A stretch of 64,000 nucleotides of DNA, from contig CAVVOB010000019.1 of assembly GCA_963749655.1 (NCBI GenBank), forward strand, positions 96,001-160,000. Reading direction: 5' to 3'. Both the position numbers and the translations under genes were made by a program. Source of the DNA: Nitrospirota bacterium (GTDB lineage Bacteria > Nitrospirota > UBA9217). Below, piece by piece: positions 17,256 to 26,876 of the stretch. Position 1 is the first letter of the stretch; every line of letters begins with the position of its first letter. A model generated the notes under the pieces. The model did not search any database. It had not been told where the DNA came from and was given only the letters and a program-made list of their open reading frames with translations.

Positions 17256-19025
17256 TTATCTGTCGGGTTTGATGTCCTTGATGTCCAGTTCAAGCGTCGT
17301 CGACCCGTTCCAGACGTTCAACCGGGGCGTAAACACGGCCGCAAGGCGGGAGCCCTCCCGCACCGGGCCGCCGAGCAGGCTGCCGCGGTTAAAGGCTATG
17401 GCGCCCAGCACGGCTCCGTTGCCCTGGCGCACCCGGAACTTCAAATGGTTGTTGCCCACGATGCGGGCGCCGATCACTTCCAGACCCCGGGCGCCGAGCC
17501 TCGGCTCGGGATTGCCCTGGCCAAAGGGGGAGAGTTTGTCGAGCTCCTGCATCAGGTCCATGGTCAGTTCGTCCAGCGCCACGGGACCGTCCACGGACAG
17601 GGTCCGAACGAATCCCGCAGGGCCCATCCGCTCCTGCGCCACGGCATTCAAGCGTTCTCGAAAAGGGGTAATATTCTCCTCGGCGATGGTGAATCCGGCC
17701 GCGTACTTGTGGCCGCCGAATCCCAGCAGCAGGTCGGAACAGGCGTTCAGTCCTTCATAGAGGTCGAATCCGGGAACGCTGCGGGCCGATCCCTTGCCCA
17801 CGCCGTTCTGTACGCTGATCAGCGCCGTGGGGCGAAAAAACTCATCAACCAGGCGTGAGGCAACGATGCCTATCACTCCCGGGTGCCAGGAACCCGAGGA
17901 CAACACGATCGCACCCAGCGCCGCGGTATCTGCCTGACGGCATTGCTGCTTCGCATCAATGCTGATCGTTTCCTCGACGGACTGCCGCTCCCGGTTCACG
18001 GCGTCCAGGGCAGACGCCAGATTCATCGCTTCTTCCTTCGAATCGGTGGTGAGCAGCCGGAAGGCCATGTCCGCCCGCTCGAGCCTGCCGCTGGCATTGA
18101 TCCGGGGAGCGATGGTGAAACCCACGGTGCCGACGCCGACCCTCTTGCCGGTCAAGCCAGCTACCTGCTTCAGGGCCACGATGCCCGGCCGCTGCGACGA
18201 TGAATCCGACGACAGGAGCTCCAGCCCGTGCCTGACCAGTACCCGGTTCTCGCCGACGATCCTGCCCACGTCCGCAACAGTCCCCAGGGTGACCAGGTCG
18301 AGGAGGGACCGCATCATTTCGTCGTCCGCCCCCGCGCCGAGCATTGCCTGGGCAAGCTTGAATGCGATCCCCACGCCCGTCAGGCAGCTCACGGCATCGC
18401 GCTCCGTCGGAGATGCTGAGGGTACGGTGAGCGCCGGATGCAGGACGGCATAAGCGCGGGGCAGTTTGAGGTCCGGCGGGCAATTCAGACCGCCTGAACT
18501 CCGCGGTCCATGGCCTTCTATCTCATGGTGATCGGTGATGATAAGGTCGAGCCCGAGAGAGAGGGCCGCTTCGGCTTCGCGCAGGGCGGTCACGCCGCAA
18601 TCCACGGTAATGACGAGGGTGATGCCTGAAGCCTTGAGCTTGTCCAGCGCCCCGGCGTTCAGCCCGTAGCCTTCAGAGAGCCGGTCGGGAATATAACTGG
18701 TTACGTTCCCGCCCAGACGCTTCAGCACCAGGTACAACAGAGCCGTTCCCGTCACGCCGTCCACGTCGTAATCGCCGTAGACCGCTATGGGCTCCCCTTT
18801 TTCGATTGCGGCCCTGATCCTCGCTGCGGCGCGGTCCATTTGAAGGAACAGCGAGGGTCCGGTCAATGACGCGAGATCGCAGGCGAGAAACGACGTTGCC
18901 GCTGCAGGGTCGGTGATCCCGCGATTGACCATCAGCCGGGCTACGAGGGGGTGCAGCCCGGCCCGGTCCGAGAGCGCGGCCGTAATGCCGGCATCAGGCT
19001 CTGCAAGGACCCATTTCATGCTCAC
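17256..19025 (-). CDS. recJ: ssDNA-specific exonuclease RecJ
   Basis: YGDYDVDG, ITVDCG, TDHH, GTVADV, PRINASGR, GGHKYAAG, PFGQGNPEP. Confidence 0.96.
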   Translation of the reverse strand: MSMKWVLAEPDAGITAALSDRAGLHPLVARLMVNRGITDPAAATSFLACDLASLTGPSLFLQMDRAAARIRAAIEKGEPIAVYGDYDVDGVTGTALLYLVLKRLGGNVTSYIPDRLSEGYGLNAGALDKLKASGITLVITVDCGVTALREAEAALSLGLDLIITDHHEIEGHGPRSSGGLNCPPDLKLPRAYAVLHPALTVPSASPTERDAVSCLTGVGIAFKLAQAMLGAGADDEMMRSLLDLVTLGTVADVGRIVGENRVLVRHGLELLSSDSSSQRPGIVALKQVAGLTGKRVGVGTVGFTIAPRINASGRLERADMAFRLLTTDSKEEAMNLASALDAVNRERQSVEETISIDAKQQCRQADTAALGAIVLSSGSWHPGVIGIVASRLVDEFFRPTALISVQNGVGKGSARSVPGFDLYEGLNACSDLLLGFGGHKYAAGFTIAEENITPFRERLNAVAQERMGPAGFVRTLSVDGPVALDELTMDLMQELDKLSPFGQGNPEPRLGARGLEVIGARIVGNNHLKFRVRQGNGAVLGAIAFNRGSLLGGPVREGSRLAAVFTPRLNVWNGSTTLELDIKDIKPDR

Positions 19026-19028
19026 TGC

Positions 19029-19220
19029 TTATCCCTTTTTTTCTTCGTTGTTCTGGTCCTTCTTGGCCGTCTGGTCCGCGTTTCCGTCCGAGAGGCCTTT
19101 TTTGAACCCTCGAATCGCCTTTCCGAGACCCTCACCGAGTTGGGGGAGCCGGCTGCCTCCGAAAATGACCAACGCAATGACAAGGATGATCGCCAACTCC
19201 GGCATTCCTAATCCGCACAT
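19029..19220 (-). CDS. tatA: Twin-arginine translocase TatA/E
   Basis: GLGMPEL...IFGGSRLPQLGEGLGKAIRGFKK. Confidence 0.93.
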   Translation of the reverse strand: MCGLGMPELAIILVIALVIFGGSRLPQLGEGLGKAIRGFKKGLSDGNADQTAKKDQNNEEKKG

Positions 19221-19783
19221 GCTGCCTCCTCGTATTCTTTCATCGTATTAAGATTGGTGAACGATCGCCGCAAAGGGTCAAAACGATCGATTTCCTGCTC
19301 CGTTATATATCGCACACGCAGCCGGTCGTAAATCTCCCGGATGCGCTGGCCCTTCGTTTTGATCTGCGTTTCAATGACCGGAAGCGCCGTTCTGCGGTAG
19401 ACCGCGTGAAGCGGCTCAAGGAACCCGTTGAATGAGGCGATAACGGCATCGTGGCCGTCGGACTGTCCCGCCATGAAGGCCAGGAGCTCCCGGTTAAGGC
19501 AGGGCATGTCGCAGGCCACGACGATATTGCAGTCGTCGGAAGACCGCAGAAGTCCTGAATAGATGCCCGTGAGCGGACCCCGCTGTTCGAATACGTCGGT
19601 CACCACCTCTGCGGAAAAGCCCGCATACCGGTGCGGCTCATTGGCCACAATCACAAGAGTGCCGCAGAGCGGCTTCAGCGACTGCAGCACCCGTTCGATG
19701 AGGGGAATGCCGGCAACCTTCAAAAACGCCTTGTCTGTGCCCATGCGCTTACTCGCGCCGCCTGCAAGCACGATACCCGTCAT
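19208..19783 (-). CDS. mobA: Molybdenum cofactor guanylyltransferase
   Basis: VLAGGASKRMGTDKA, GPLTGI, VACDMP, EPLHAVY, NLNT. Confidence 0.93.
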   Translation of the reverse strand: MTGIVLAGGASKRMGTDKAFLKVAGIPLIERVLQSLKPLCGTLVIVANEPHRYAGFSAEVVTDVFEQRGPLTGIYSGLLRSSDDCNIVVACDMPCLNRELLAFMAGQSDGHDAVIASFNGFLEPLHAVYRRTALPVIETQIKTKGQRIREIYDRLRVRYITEQEIDRFDPLRRSFTNLNTMKEYEEAACAD

Positions 19784-19991
19784 GATTAAAATTACAGTAT
19801 TTACCGCAGGGTGTCAACTGCGAACTTGTAATCCCGGCGCACCGGTGCAGGAAAAGGTTCGTCGCGGAGACCGGAAGCAGGAGTCAAATGATCTCTTCTC
19901 GTTCCCATTCCGGCATCGGCTCATTGATTTTCACTTTCCCGGCCGTTATACTTAGACTAAGTCGGACGTTATTGTGCTCCAGGAGGTTGCA

Positions 19992-20919
19992 ATGAGCATT
20001 TCCCATAACTTTTTCGCGAAAGCAGCCTGTCTTGTTCTGGTCACGGCACTGGCAATAACGCCGGCGACGTCCCTGGCTCACGGCATAGCGGGTCAGCGAT
20101 TCTTTCCCACGACCTTCGCCGTGGACGACCCCTTTGTATCCGATGAATTCTCCCTGCTCTACGGTCGCATGAGAATGGTCGGCGATGCAGGCGGACCGGC
20201 GATCGACGCTGATTCGCTGTCAATAGAGCTGTCCAAACGCATCACCCCGCTCTTCGGGATCACCCTTGCTGAGACCTATCAAAATCTCCATACCCTCGGC
20301 GACGGAACAGCGCGCGGTTGGGGCAATCTCGAAGCCACGGCAAAATATCAATTCTTCACGAGCGAGGAGCATGAAACAATCCTTTCAGCGGGGGTAACCG
20401 GAGAGATCGGCCATACAGGAGAGCCGGCAGTATCGGAACCGATCTCGACGATCTCGCCTGTTCTCTATTTCGGCAAGGGATTCGGCGATCTTCCGGATGC
20501 AGTCGAAATACCTCAAGCCCCTGGCAATAACCGGCGTCATCGGCCCTAACTTACCTTCCCGGAGCTACACCGACGATGTCAAGAACCCTGCAACGCTCAC
20601 CTGGGCCTTCTCGGTCCAGTACAGTCTCCTCTACCTTCAGTCTTTTGTAAGCGATGCGGGCTTCGGAGCTCCCTTCAACAGGATGGTGGCCATCGTCGAA
20701 TTTCCCATGGAAACCTGTTTGAACGGGGACTGCAAGAACCAGACGACGGGGACCGTGAATCCGGGTTTTGCCTGGATCGGAAAACGCACTGAACTCGGCC
20801 TTGCAGCACAGATACCGGTCAATGACCGCTCGGGCTCGAATGTCGGCATTTTCGCCCTGTTCCATCTTTTCCTGGACGATCTGTTCCCGACCGGCATAGG
20901 AAGGCCGGTATTTCCATGA
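19992..20919 (+). CDS. Exported/outer-membrane protein preceding copCD, frameshifted near 20500
   Basis: AGGAGG RBS; signal peptide ending SLA-HGIAGQRFFP (mature N-terminal His); alternating beta-strand pattern across two consecutive ORFs. Confidence 0.7.
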
Positions 20920-21305
20920 GCCAGGGATCAGGTCATGAAACTGCAAGGAAAGCGGTCCTTGTCATGCTGGCGCTGATCTGCTTCCTGCCCGGCCGATCAT
21001 GGGGCCATGCTTTTCCCGACCACGCCGACCCCAAGGTGGGTTCAACAGTGGCCGCCCCGCCGGCGTTGGTCCGCATCTGGTTCGACAGCAGGCTCGAACC
21101 CCTGTTTTCAAGCCTCATGGTCCATGATGCAAAGGATGAAATGATAAGCAGGGGATCGGGACGGGTCGATGAAGCCGACCCCACCCTTCTGGAAGCGGAC
21201 CTGCCTCCGCTGCGGCCGGGGACCTACCGGGTGATGTGGAGCGTGGTGTCGCGGGACGGACACCGGACATCGGGATCATACACCTTCACGATAAGATCGC
21301 CGTAA
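20916..21305 (+). CDS. copC: Copper resistance protein CopC
   Basis: Mature N-terminus HAFPDHADP...; GTYRVMWSVVSRDGHRTSG. Confidence 0.92.
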   Translation: MSQGSGHETARKAVLVMLALICFLPGRSWGHAFPDHADPKVGSTVAAPPALVRIWFDSRLEPLFSSLMVHDAKDEMISRGSGRVDEADPTLLEADLPPLRPGTYRVMWSVVSRDGHRTSGSYTFTIRSP

Positions 21306-21322
21306 CGCAGGGAGTAATCATC

Positions 21323-22363
21323 ATGATATTCCTTCTTCACATCGTCCCCCAGTGGATAGAACTGACCGCTCTTGCGCTCGTTATGGGCGCTGTTTTCACA
21401 AGACTCTGGATCTACCCGCTCTCTGTCGACGGGCGCCCGATTGATCAAGGGAATAAGGTCCTGCGCAGGTTGTGCCTGATGCTCGGGACAGGCGCCGGTG
21501 TCATGCTTCCCGGCATCATCGCCGGCCTCCTGGCGAGGACCGCAGAGATGAGCGGCGACCCGATCCTTTCCGTCCTCCCGCTCCTGCCTTCCGTGGTGCT
21601 GAAAACGCACTACGGCAGGATATGGACGATCGGCGCTGCGGGCATCCTTCTCATGATCATCATTGTCGCAACAGGGGCTCCAAAACGCAATTCGAAGGCT
21701 GCGTGGTACGTCCTTCTTGCCTTCGGCGCCATAGTCGGCATGACGCAGAGCGCCACCGGCCATGCAGCCGATGCCGGCGATTTCAGCATGGCGGAAATCG
21801 CCGACTGGCTCCATCTCATGGCGGCCATGGTATGGGTCGGCGGCTTGTTCGCGCTCGCCTTCGCGATCCTGCCCTTGCCGGTCATTGGAGAGCCTGGGGC
21901 AGGAGCTGTCGCCGATGCCGTTGCCCGCTTTTCAGCCATAGCGGGACCGGCGGCGTGCATCATTGCAGTCACTGCTGCATACAATGCCTGGCTGGACATC
22001 GGCAGCGCCGCCGCTCTTGCGAAAACGGAATACGGCAGGACTGCGATCGTGAAGATCATCCTCTTTGGCCTCGTTCTCGCTATCGCCGTCTTCAACCGCT
22101 TTGTTGCCCTTCCCTGGCTGAGAAACAAAGCCGGAAAGCCGGCTGTGCCGGAGGAAACAGTGCTCCGGTTCGTTGTTCCTGTCCGGCTGCGCCTCTTTCA
22201 GGCTTTAAACAGGAACGGCCGTTTGTTCAACAGAGCGGTGAAGGCTGAAGCGCTCTTCATGCTCGCACTTCTCTTGTGTGCGGTCATGATGCGACATGAA
22301 GTTCCGGCAAAACACGCCGCCCACATGGGTACGACCGGCGAACACGTCCACGAACACAAATAA
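21323..22363 (+). CDS. copD: Copper resistance membrane protein CopD
   Basis: TGHAA, WLHLMAAMVWVGGL, RFS, TEYG...VKI; His-rich tail. Confidence 0.88.
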   Translation: MIFLLHIVPQWIELTALALVMGAVFTRLWIYPLSVDGRPIDQGNKVLRRLCLMLGTGAGVMLPGIIAGLLARTAEMSGDPILSVLPLLPSVVLKTHYGRIWTIGAAGILLMIIIVATGAPKRNSKAAWYVLLAFGAIVGMTQSATGHAADAGDFSMAEIADWLHLMAAMVWVGGLFALAFAILPLPVIGEPGAGAVADAVARFSAIAGPAACIIAVTAAYNAWLDIGSAAALAKTEYGRTAIVKIILFGLVLAIAVFNRFVALPWLRNKAGKPAVPEETVLRFVVPVRLRLFQALNRNGRLFNRAVKAEALFMLALLLCAVMMRHEVPAKHAAHMGTTGEHVHEHK

Positions 22364-22475
22364 TCGTGAGTCTCAAAATCCGCAATTCGCAATCCGCGAT
22401 TTGGTACTCCGGACGTGCAACCGCTATCGACATATGCTACAATTTATCGAAACTCACAGTTACCCGGGAGGCGGT

Positions 22476-22955
22476 GTGCCAAGGACCATTTGGATCATTT
22501 TTGTTTTGTTCCTGCTGACAGACACGCAGCTATCAGCTGCAGGCCTTCCCAAAACCAGTAAGCCCGGTCCCGGAGACAAATGTCCTGTCTGCGGGATGTT
22601 CGTCGCCCGGTACGCCGATTTTCTGACAACCATCGTGTTCCGCGACAATTCAGCGGTCTTCTTTGATGGACCAAAAGACTTTTTCAAGTTCTATAATGAC
22701 CCGGCAAGATATCTCCCGTCCCGGTCCGCACAGGATATTACGACGATCTTCGTCACGGACTATTACAGCCTTGCCGCGATCGACGGGCGTACGGCCTGGT
22801 TCGTGATCGGCAGCGATGTGCGCGGCCCCATGGGCCACGATCTGGTCCCCTTCAGCAGCGAGGGCGCTGCGCAGGAGTTCATGAAGGACCACCGGGCAAG
22901 GCGCATCGTGCGGTTCCGCGAGGCGACCATCGATCTACTGAAGGAGCTGGAATAA
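22476..22955 (+). CDS. NosL-family copper chaperone
   Basis: CPVCGM, FFDG, VTDYY, GSDVRGPMG..LVPF. Confidence 0.9.
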   Translation: MPRTIWIIFVLFLLTDTQLSAAGLPKTSKPGPGDKCPVCGMFVARYADFLTTIVFRDNSAVFFDGPKDFFKFYNDPARYLPSRSAQDITTIFVTDYYSLAAIDGRTAWFVIGSDVRGPMGHDLVPFSSEGAAQEFMKDHRARRIVRFREATIDLLKELE

Positions 22956-23263
22956 TGCGCATCAGAAAGTCGAGCATGTTCTTCGTCTCCCTCGTTCTGC
23001 AGTGCCTGCTGCTTGCACTGATGGCGATCCATGCCGTGACCGTGCGTGCGGCCGCTGCCCCGGGCCTCGCGGAAAAACAGGCCCTGGTGCGGCTCTGCGG
23101 CCTGAGCGATCTCTGCCTTTTCACCGAGGCACGCTACACCCGCCACCCCGCCCTGGCTGATCTGCATTCGGCCTTTCAGGACGGACCCTTCTCCTTCGAA
23201 CACTTCCCTTCCGGGTCCCTCGTTGATCCGCCGGCACATCTGCGAGGTGTCGGCGATGATTGA
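22955..23263 (+). CDS. Conserved-looking hypothetical membrane-anchored protein
   Basis: TM segment plus LSDLCLFTEARYTRHP...EHFPSGS; translationally coupled to neighbours. Confidence 0.75.
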   Translation: MRIRKSSMFFVSLVLQCLLLALMAIHAVTVRAAAAPGLAEKQALVRLCGLSDLCLFTEARYTRHPALADLHSAFQDGPFSFEHFPSGSLVDPPAHLRGVGDD

Positions 23264-24383
23264 AAAACAGCGGAACATCCTTGATTTCACTCTCTCATCG
23301 CTTCTCCGGAGAAAAGGGAAGAACGCCGCGCTTCTTGTCTCGTACACGCTGGTCGTCGCCCTGCTGGCCTCGGTCATGTTCCTGACCCACGCCCTCCGCC
23401 GGGAGGCGGCGCAGAATCTGCGCGATGCGCCGGACATGGTCGTGCAGAAGCTCGTTGCCGGGCGGTACGACCTCGTTCCTCTTGCCTACCGGGACAGGAT
23501 CGCCGGCATCCGGGGGATAAAGAATGTTGCGCCGCGCCTCTGGGGATACTATTTCGACGCCGGCATCGGCGCAAACTATACGGTCATGGTCCCCCTCGAC
23601 GGAAGCGTTTCACCGGGATCAATAGTAGTCGGCGAGGGCGTTGCGCGAACGCGCAGGATCGGTGAGGGGGACGTCCTTCCCTTGCGCGGGTCCGACGGCA
23701 AAACACGGCTGTACGAAGTGGCCAAGCTCCTGTCTCCGGCGTCGTCCCTTGTGGCTTCGGACCTCATCCTCCTGTCGGAAGCCGACTTCCGCGATCTCTT
23801 CGCGATCCCGCGCAGTCATGCCACGGACCTTGTACTGACCGTGGGGAACCCGAAGGAACTTGCGACTATCGCCTACAAGATCACCCGCGCTCTTCCCGAC
23901 ACGCGGCCCGTGATCCGTGACGAGATCGTCAGGACCTACGATTCCCTCTTCAACTGGCGAAGCGGCGTCGTTGTCGTCATTCTCTTCTCTGTTGTCGTTG
24001 CCTTCCTGATTTTCGCCTGGGACAAGGCCTCGGGCCTGAGCGCCGAGGAAAAGTTCGAGATCGGGATCCTGAAAGCGCTGGGATGGGAGACGTCGGACGT
24101 GCTGCTCATGAAACTCTGGGAAGGAGCGGCATTGTCATTCTCGTCGTTCCTGAGCGGGATCGTGCTGGCCTATATCCACGTGTTCCTCACGTCTTCGGCG
24201 CTCTTTCAGCCGGTGCTCAAAGGCTGGTCTGTTCTCTATCCCGACTTCCGGCTCGTTCCTTCCGTCAATGCCTATCAGGTCGCGACCATCTTCTTTCTCA
24301 CGGTCGTACCCTATACGGTCGCGACGATCATACCCGCATGGCGGGCGGCTACGATCGACCCCGATGCGGTCATGAGGTCCTGA
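23256..24383 (+). CDS. ABC transporter permease (FtsX/LolE-like)
   Basis: EIGILKALGW and PAWRAATIDP motifs. Confidence 0.9.
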   Translation: MIEKQRNILDFTLSSLLRRKGKNAALLVSYTLVVALLASVMFLTHALRREAAQNLRDAPDMVVQKLVAGRYDLVPLAYRDRIAGIRGIKNVAPRLWGYYFDAGIGANYTVMVPLDGSVSPGSIVVGEGVARTRRIGEGDVLPLRGSDGKTRLYEVAKLLSPASSLVASDLILLSEADFRDLFAIPRSHATDLVLTVGNPKELATIAYKITRALPDTRPVIRDEIVRTYDSLFNWRSGVVVVILFSVVVAFLIFAWDKASGLSAEEKFEIGILKALGWETSDVLLMKLWEGAALSFSSFLSGIVLAYIHVFLTSSALFQPVLKGWSVLYPDFRLVPSVNAYQVATIFFLTVVPYTVATIIPAWRAATIDPDAVMRS

Positions 24384-24385
24384 CC

Positions 24386-25072
24386 ATGATCATCCTGCGA
24401 GAAGTGGCGAAAGTATTCAACACCGGGAAACCCAACGAGTTTGCGGCGCTCCGGGGCGTAAGCATCGATATAGAAGAGCGCCTCTTGACCGTGATCAAGG
24501 GGCCGAGCGGTTCGGGAAAAACAACGCTCCTCGGCATCGTGGGGTGCATGGCCCGTCCCACAGCCGGCAGGATCCGTTTCCGCGAACAGGAGATCACCAG
24601 CCTCCCCGAGCGCTTCCTGACCGGGATCAGACGCACGACCTTCGGGTTCATCTTCCAGCAGCTCAACCTGCTCAAGGGAATCACCGTCCTGGAGAACGTA
24701 ATGCTGCCTGCCTTCCCGACGGACGAGAAGCGTTCGAGCCTGGAAAGACGGGCAGCGGCCCTTCTCGACTCCTTCAGCCTCGGCCATAAGGCCTCCGCCA
24801 GGATCGAGTGGCTTTCCGGCGGTGAAGCTCAGCGCGCGGCCATTGCGCGCGCCTTGATCAACAATCCGTCCGTGATCCTGGCTGATGAACCCACGGCCCA
24901 TCTCGACACGGCGCTTTCCCGCGAATTTATGAACACCATGGTGAAATTGAAGAACGACGGGAGAACGGTCGTGATCGCAAGCCACGACCCCCTTGTATAC
25001 GATTCGGGATACGTTGACCGCATCATCGAGATGCGGGACGGAAACGTGCTCGACCCGGGAAGGAAGACATGA
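24386..25072 (+). CDS. ABC transporter ATP-binding protein (LolD-like)
   Basis: GPSGSGKTT, LSGGEAQR, LADEPT. Confidence 0.93.
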   Translation: MIILREVAKVFNTGKPNEFAALRGVSIDIEERLLTVIKGPSGSGKTTLLGIVGCMARPTAGRIRFREQEITSLPERFLTGIRRTTFGFIFQQLNLLKGITVLENVMLPAFPTDEKRSSLERRAAALLDSFSLGHKASARIEWLSGGEAQRAAIARALINNPSVILADEPTAHLDTALSREFMNTMVKLKNDGRTVVIASHDPLVYDSGYVDRIIEMRDGNVLDPGRKT

Positions 25073-26067
25073 TCCTCCATCCCTCAATTCTTGCCCTGAC
25101 CGTAGCTTCCGTCCTGACGACGTTCCTGGTCCTTTCTGCGGCATTATTCGGCGTCTCCATTGTGAGGCGCTGGGACCTTCAGAGCGGGAGCGAGGCTCAG
25201 CTCAACCTCGAACGACGGACCTACCTCATATCCACGCTCGTCGGTTATGCCCTCGGGTTTCAGCTCCTGTCTCTGTTCCTGTTCGTCTACACTGCCGACG
25301 ATCTTTGCAGTCTTTTTACGGGCGCCATGTGCGCGGCAGGGACCCTCAAGGTAAACTCCTATGGCTATCCCACGCTCCTGTTCAAGATCATGAACTTTCT
25401 TCTGGCCGCGGCCTGGCTGGTGCTGAACTCTGCGGACAACCGCGCCCCTGACTACCCCCTCATCAGGAAGAAGTATCTCCTGCTTTTCCTGGCTGCTCCG
25501 TTCATGGCAACGGAAACCGTGCTGCAGCTCCGGTATTTCGCAGGGCTGCATCCCGATATAATCACCTCCTGCTGCGGCACCCTGTTCAGCGCCGAGGCCC
25601 GGGAAGCAGGGGCCGCCCTTTCGACGATAGCGGGGCTCCCGATGAAGGCGCCCTTTTTTGTCGTCATGGGGCTGACGATCGCGGCGGGTGTTTTCGTATA
25701 TCGCCGCCGCGGTGCTGGAGGAGGGATGTTCTCTGTCATGGCCCTGGCCGCCTTTGTCGTCTCCCTTTTGGCGATCATTTCCACGATCTCTCCCTATGTG
25801 TACGAGCTGCCGACGCACCATTGCCCCTTCTGCCTTTTACAGGGAGAGTACGGTTACCGGGGATATCCCCTTTATCTGTTCCTTTTCAGCGGCGCCGCTG
25901 CCGGGGCGGGCACAGGGGTCCTCGCTCCTTTCAGAAACGTCGCAAGCCTCGCGGTCGTCATCCCGGCGATGCAGAGGCGGCTTGCCCTTCTTGCGATCGT
26001 CTGCTATAGTTTCTTTACAGCGATCGTGATCGCGAGCATGGCGGCTTCGAACCTTCGATTGGGTTGA
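25069..26067 (+). CDS. Polytopic membrane protein with Cys/His motifs
   Basis: About 8 TM segments; GAMCAAG, TSCCG and THHCPFC motifs. Confidence 0.8.
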   Translation: MILHPSILALTVASVLTTFLVLSAALFGVSIVRRWDLQSGSEAQLNLERRTYLISTLVGYALGFQLLSLFLFVYTADDLCSLFTGAMCAAGTLKVNSYGYPTLLFKIMNFLLAAAWLVLNSADNRAPDYPLIRKKYLLLFLAAPFMATETVLQLRYFAGLHPDIITSCCGTLFSAEAREAGAALSTIAGLPMKAPFFVVMGLTIAAGVFVYRRRGAGGGMFSVMALAAFVVSLLAIISTISPYVYELPTHHCPFCLLQGEYGYRGYPLYLFLFSGAAAGAGTGVLAPFRNVASLAVVIPAMQRRLALLAIVCYSFFTAIVIASMAASNLRLG

Positions 26068-26288
26068 CCTTCGTTGCTGCCGGTCTGTTGATTCCACGCG
26101 CAGTTCAATGATCATCAGTTCTTTCACAAATCACTAAAATAATTGCAAACTCCTGTCTCACCCAAAGCAGCGGAGGATGTAAAAAACTGCAACATTTCTC
26201 CTCTGGCCGCGTCCTTCGTAAGAGAACCATACATACAGGAGTGACAGCGGTATCGACATCATGAGTCAACACATTAGGAGGTTATGAA

Positions 26289-26876
26289 ATGATACGACAA
26301 CGGGTAATCGTCCCCCTGATCGCAGTTCTGCTCCTGCTCGGCCTTGCTGATAAAGAACTGCGGGCGGAAACGCAGCCTGCCTACACCCGGACTGTCCTGC
26401 GTTATACCGTTCCCGACGTGACCCTCGTCAACCAGGACGGTGTCAGGGTCGGGCTCAAGAAACTGCTTTTGTCGAACAAGCCGGTGCTTGTGGACTTCGT
26501 CTATACGACCTGCACTACGATCTGCCCGGTCCTTTCCGCGAACTTCACAAACTTCCAGAGAAAACTTGGTCCGGACTCAGTCAAGGCTCAGCTCGTATCC
26601 ATTTCGATCGACCCTGAGAACGACACTCCGAAAGCCATGAAAGCTTACCTGAAGCGTTACAACGCGAAGCCGGGCTGGGATTTCCTGACAGGATCAAAAA
26701 AAGACATCGAAAAAGTGGTCAGGGAGTTCAAAGCACTTGATGCTCTCACCCTGAACAAGATGGACCACTACCCGCTGATTCTGCTGAAATCGCCTGCAAG
26801 CGACCAGTGGGTGCGCGTCTTCGGGCTCATCGGCACGACGGAACTCATGAAAGAATATGAAAGGGCTCAACAATGA
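26289..26876 (+). CDS. SCO1/SenC family copper chaperone
   Basis: FVYTTCTTICP, SISIDPENDTP, WDFLTG, conserved His. Confidence 0.93.
   Translation: MIRQRVIVPLIAVLLLLGLADKELRAETQPAYTRTVLRYTVPDVTLVNQDGVRVGLKKLLLSNKPVLVDFVYTTCTTICPVLSANFTNFQRKLGPDSVKAQLVSISIDPENDTPKAMKAYLKRYNAKPGWDFLTGSKKDIEKVVREFKALDALTLNKMDHYPLILLKSPASDQWVRVFGLIGTTELMKEYERAQQ

Noticed and set aside
16940-17293. 118-aa N-terminal extension of Rel
   Set aside because: It translates repeat and hairpin DNA; the true start is MPVVRLEDI at 16939 with an upstream GAGG.
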